Assembly: GCA_038087875.1 (NCBI GenBank)
Contig: CM075991.1
Span: 10,728,001-10,792,000 of the forward strand
From: Malacoraja senta
Lineage: Eukaryota
Reading direction: 5' to 3'
DNA: 64,000 bases
The translations under genes were made by a program, and so were the position numbers. Of the stretch, positions 60,855-64,000 are shown piece after piece. The notes under the pieces are model-generated. The model was not told the DNA's origin. It saw nothing but the letters and a program-made list of their open reading frames with translations, and did not search any database. How positions within the stretch are numbered: position 1 is the first letter of the stretch; every line of letters begins with the position of its first letter.

Positions 60855-61147
60855 GTGCTGCCTGACCCACTGGGTTACTCCAGCACTTTTATACCTATCC
60901 ATGTTCTCCACAGATGCTGCCTGACCCACTGAGTTACTCCAACACTTTGTACCTATCCATGTTCTCCACAGATGCTGCCTGACCCACTGAGTTACTCCAA
61001 CACTTTGTACCTATCCATGTTCTCCACAGATGCTGCCTGATCCACTGAGTTACTCCAACACTTTGTACCTATCCATGTTCTCCACAGATGCTGCCTGACC
61101 CACTGAGTTACTCCAGCAATTTGTACCTATCCATGTTCTCCACAGAT
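60855..61147 (+). repeat. Tandem array of about five 58-bp units derived from the Penelope terminus
   Basis: Unit starts at 60893, 60951, 61009, 61067 and 61125. Confidence 0.9.
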
Positions 61148-62346
61148 TTGAGTATAGGAGCAGGGAGGTTCTACTGCAGTTGTACAGGGTCTTGGTGAGA
61201 CCACACCTGGAGTATTGCGTACAGTTTTGGTCTCCTAATCTGAGGAAAGACATTCTTGCCATAGAGGGAGTACAGAGAAGGTTCACCAGACTGATTCCTG
61301 GGATGGCAGGACTTTCATATGAAGAAAAACTGGATAGACTCGGCTTGTACTCGCTAGAATTTAGAAGATTGAGGCGGGATCTTATAGAAACTTACAAAAT
61401 TCTTAAGGGGTTGGACAGGCTAGATGCAGGAAGATTGTTCCCGATGTTGGGGAAGTCCAGAACTAGGGGTCACAGTTTAAGGATAAGAGGGAAGTCTAAG
61501 ATGGTATCTGGCCGGCCAATCAGGATGGGAAGTGTTAACAGATTAGCATTCGCAAGGCTGAGAGTTATTTGTACCTTGAATTCCCGACTGAAAACAATGT
61601 GCCTTTAGTTCCCTGCGACTGTCACTGCTTTCAGAAGCTGGCAGTGGGCGAGGAGCTATCCCGGCGCCCTTTGTGCGCGCTCATCGGAAGCTGACCTGGA
61701 CGCTGGTGGTGACCCTTGGGTGACCCTAGCGGGAAGCCAAGCCACAAAAGGCGTGCGGCTGTAACTGAGACCAGGCAGGAGGGGTCAGAGTGCTGGTGGA
61801 TCTCACAAAATACAACGTCCCACTGCAGGGAGGAGAAACAACATGTAGGGAGGAACTGCAGGTGCTGGTTTACACCGAAGATGGACACAAATTGCTGGAG
61901 TAACAATACAACACCGTTTATTGTATTCGCTAGAATTTAGAAGATTGAGGGGGGATCTTATAGAAACTTACAAAATTCTTAAGGGGTTGGACAGGCTAGA
62001 TGCAGGAAGATTGTTCCCGATGTTGGGGAAGTCCGGAACAAGGGGTCACAGTTTGAGGATAAGGGGGAAGTCTTTTAGGACCGAGATGAGAAAAAAAAAT
62101 TCACACAGAGAGTGGTGAATCTGTGGAATTCTCTGCCACAGAGGGTGGTTGAGGCCAGTTCATTGGCTATATTTAAGAGGGAATTAGATGTGGCCCTTGT
62201 GGCTAAAGGGATCAGGGGGTATGGAGAGAAGGCAGGTACAGGATACCGAGTTGGATAATCAGCCATGATCATATTGAATGGCGGTGCAGGCTCGAAGGGC
62301 CGAATGGCCTACTCCTGCACCTATTTTCTATGTTTCTATGTTTCTA
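61144..62346 (+). mobile_element. Two CR1 family A fragments (61144-61496 and 61921-62346) separated by mostly unique DNA
   Basis: ORFs 61180-61608 and 61921-62118. Confidence 0.85.
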
Positions 62347-63519
62347 TTGTCATTTGAACGAAATTTGGTTTCTGCAGTCATACAAACAAGACAAAAAACA
62401 AGACACGCAATTATTACAATTTACACAAACATCCAGTAACCCGCGGAACTCAAGATTTAATAGCAATCTGAGGGGTAACTTTTCCCCACAAAGTTGACGG
62501 TGGGTGTATGGAACAAGCTGCCAGAAAAGGTAGTTGAGGCTGGGACTATCCCAACGTTTAGGAAACAGTTAGACAGATACATGGACAGGCTTGGAGGGAT
62601 ATGAACCAAACGCAGGCTGGTGGGACTAGTGTAGCTGGGACATGTTTGCCGGTGTGGGCAAATTGGGCCAAAGGGCCTATTTCCACGCTGTATCACATGA
62701 CTCTAGGCGGGACACTTCTCAACAAGTCCCTGAGATTCTAGTGGGAGAGTCTAGGACTAGAGGACATAGCCTCAGAATTAAAGGACTTTCTTTTAGGAAG
62801 GAGATAAGGAGAATTTTATTTTAGTCAGAGGGTGGTGAATCTCTGGGATTCTTGGCCAGGATCGATCCTGGGTCTCTGGCGCTGTCAGGCAGTAACTCTA
62901 CCGTTGCGCCACCATACCGCCCACATATTAAAATAATCTATTAAACATTATATCCACATTATATCCATATCAAGACCATCTGCAGGTCCTTCCTACACAT
63001 GGCACTGCACTGGAATATTTGGGGGATGGATGCTCCTCATTCATCTTATGTCCGCTCCTGATAATCGGGCTTGAGTTATTGATCAGCATGCAAATATGTC
63101 ATAGCTGCACATCAAGGTTGTGGATCAATGAAACAGACCAATAAGCTTAAGGCATGTGACAATTTAATGATTTATAGCGGCTGCCAATATTTGGCACCGG
63201 GGTAAACATCTGCAAGCCTTCATTAGGCATAGATCTTGCCTGGAGTCTGGTCATTGTAATTTACAGGGGCAGGATATACCATAACTCAGGTCAAAATGCA
63301 ATCTATTTCAGGAGGCTGAGAAATGCCAGCAACAATCTAAGTGGATTAGCATGAATTACTTTTCAAAGCAATTGCCTGTGTTATGGTAGATGTGGGATGG
63401 GAGTACCAGTGCATGAGAGGACAGCCTGTTGCTTCAGGTCCAGTTAGACCAAGCCTGGTGAATGGCAATAATGGACAAGAGTACGAGATTGGTGGCAACA
63501 CTGAGTGGGGATGTGGCAG

Positions 63520-64000
63520 CCACACTGAGTATTGTATGGGAGTAACACTGGGTATTGTATGGTAGTAACTCTGGGTATTGTATGGTAGTAACACTGGGTA
63601 TTGTATGGTAGTAACACTGAATATTGTATGGGAGTAACACTGAGTATTGTATGGTAGTAACATTGAGTAAGAGCATGGTAGCAACACTGAGTATTGTATG
63701 GTAGTAACTGAGTATTGTATGGTAGCAACAATGAGTAATGCTTGGTAGCAACACTGAGTATTGTATGGTAGTAACACTGAGTATTGTATGGTAGCAACAA
63801 TGAATAATGCTTGGTAGCAAACTGAGTATTGTATGGTAGCAACAATGAGTAATGCTTGGTAGCAACACTGAGTATTGTATGGTAGTAACACTGAGTATTG
63901 TATGGTAGCAACAATGAATAATGCTTGGTAGCAAACTGAGTATTGTATGGTAGCAACATTGAGTAAGAGTATGGTAGCAACACTGATTATTGTATGGTAG
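63520..64000. repeat. 23-bp minisatellite (GGTAGTAACACTGAGTATTGTAT) with a 114-bp higher-order repeat; runs off the window end
   Basis: 63721-63834 is repeated at 63835-63948. Confidence 0.93.

Noticed and set aside
60855..61147. Regularly spaced direct repeats resembling a CRISPR array
   Set aside because: No unique spacers; the units are contiguous copies of a retroelement end in vertebrate DNA, with no cas genes
61575..61822. Possible upstream coding exon after a strong ccctgcag acceptor on the minus strand
   Set aside because: All three frames contain stops and there is no SLC4 similarity; at most a UTR exon, unsupported
63346..63983. Long ORFs of 166-181 aa
   Set aside because: Translations of the 23-bp minisatellite

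Overview
Vertebrate genomic DNA, most likely from a cartilaginous fish (skate/ray-like, inferred from HE1/V-SINE-like and CR1 repeats). The window holds most of one large minus-strand gene, the electrogenic Na+/HCO3- cotransporter slc4a5 (NBCe2). I traced 22 phase-consistent coding exons (46454 down to 1005, about 1000 codons) plus a tandemly duplicated 114-nt exon that looks like a mutually exclusive alternative for TM7/extracellular loop 4, with an RBFOX-motif cluster around one copy and a distant branch point before the other. Candidate first (50418-50322) and last (462-446) coding exons are weaker. Two exons carry three 1-bp homopolymer deletions that look like assembly errors. The introns are packed with CR1, L2, Rex1-like, L1/Tx1 and Penelope-like retroelement fragments, tRNA-derived SINEs, and Harbinger-type and hAT-type MITEs. 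The Penelope-like ends carry many minimal hammerhead-ribozyme motifs, often as fold-back pairs. All family and orthology calls rest on motif recognition from memory; no database searches were run.
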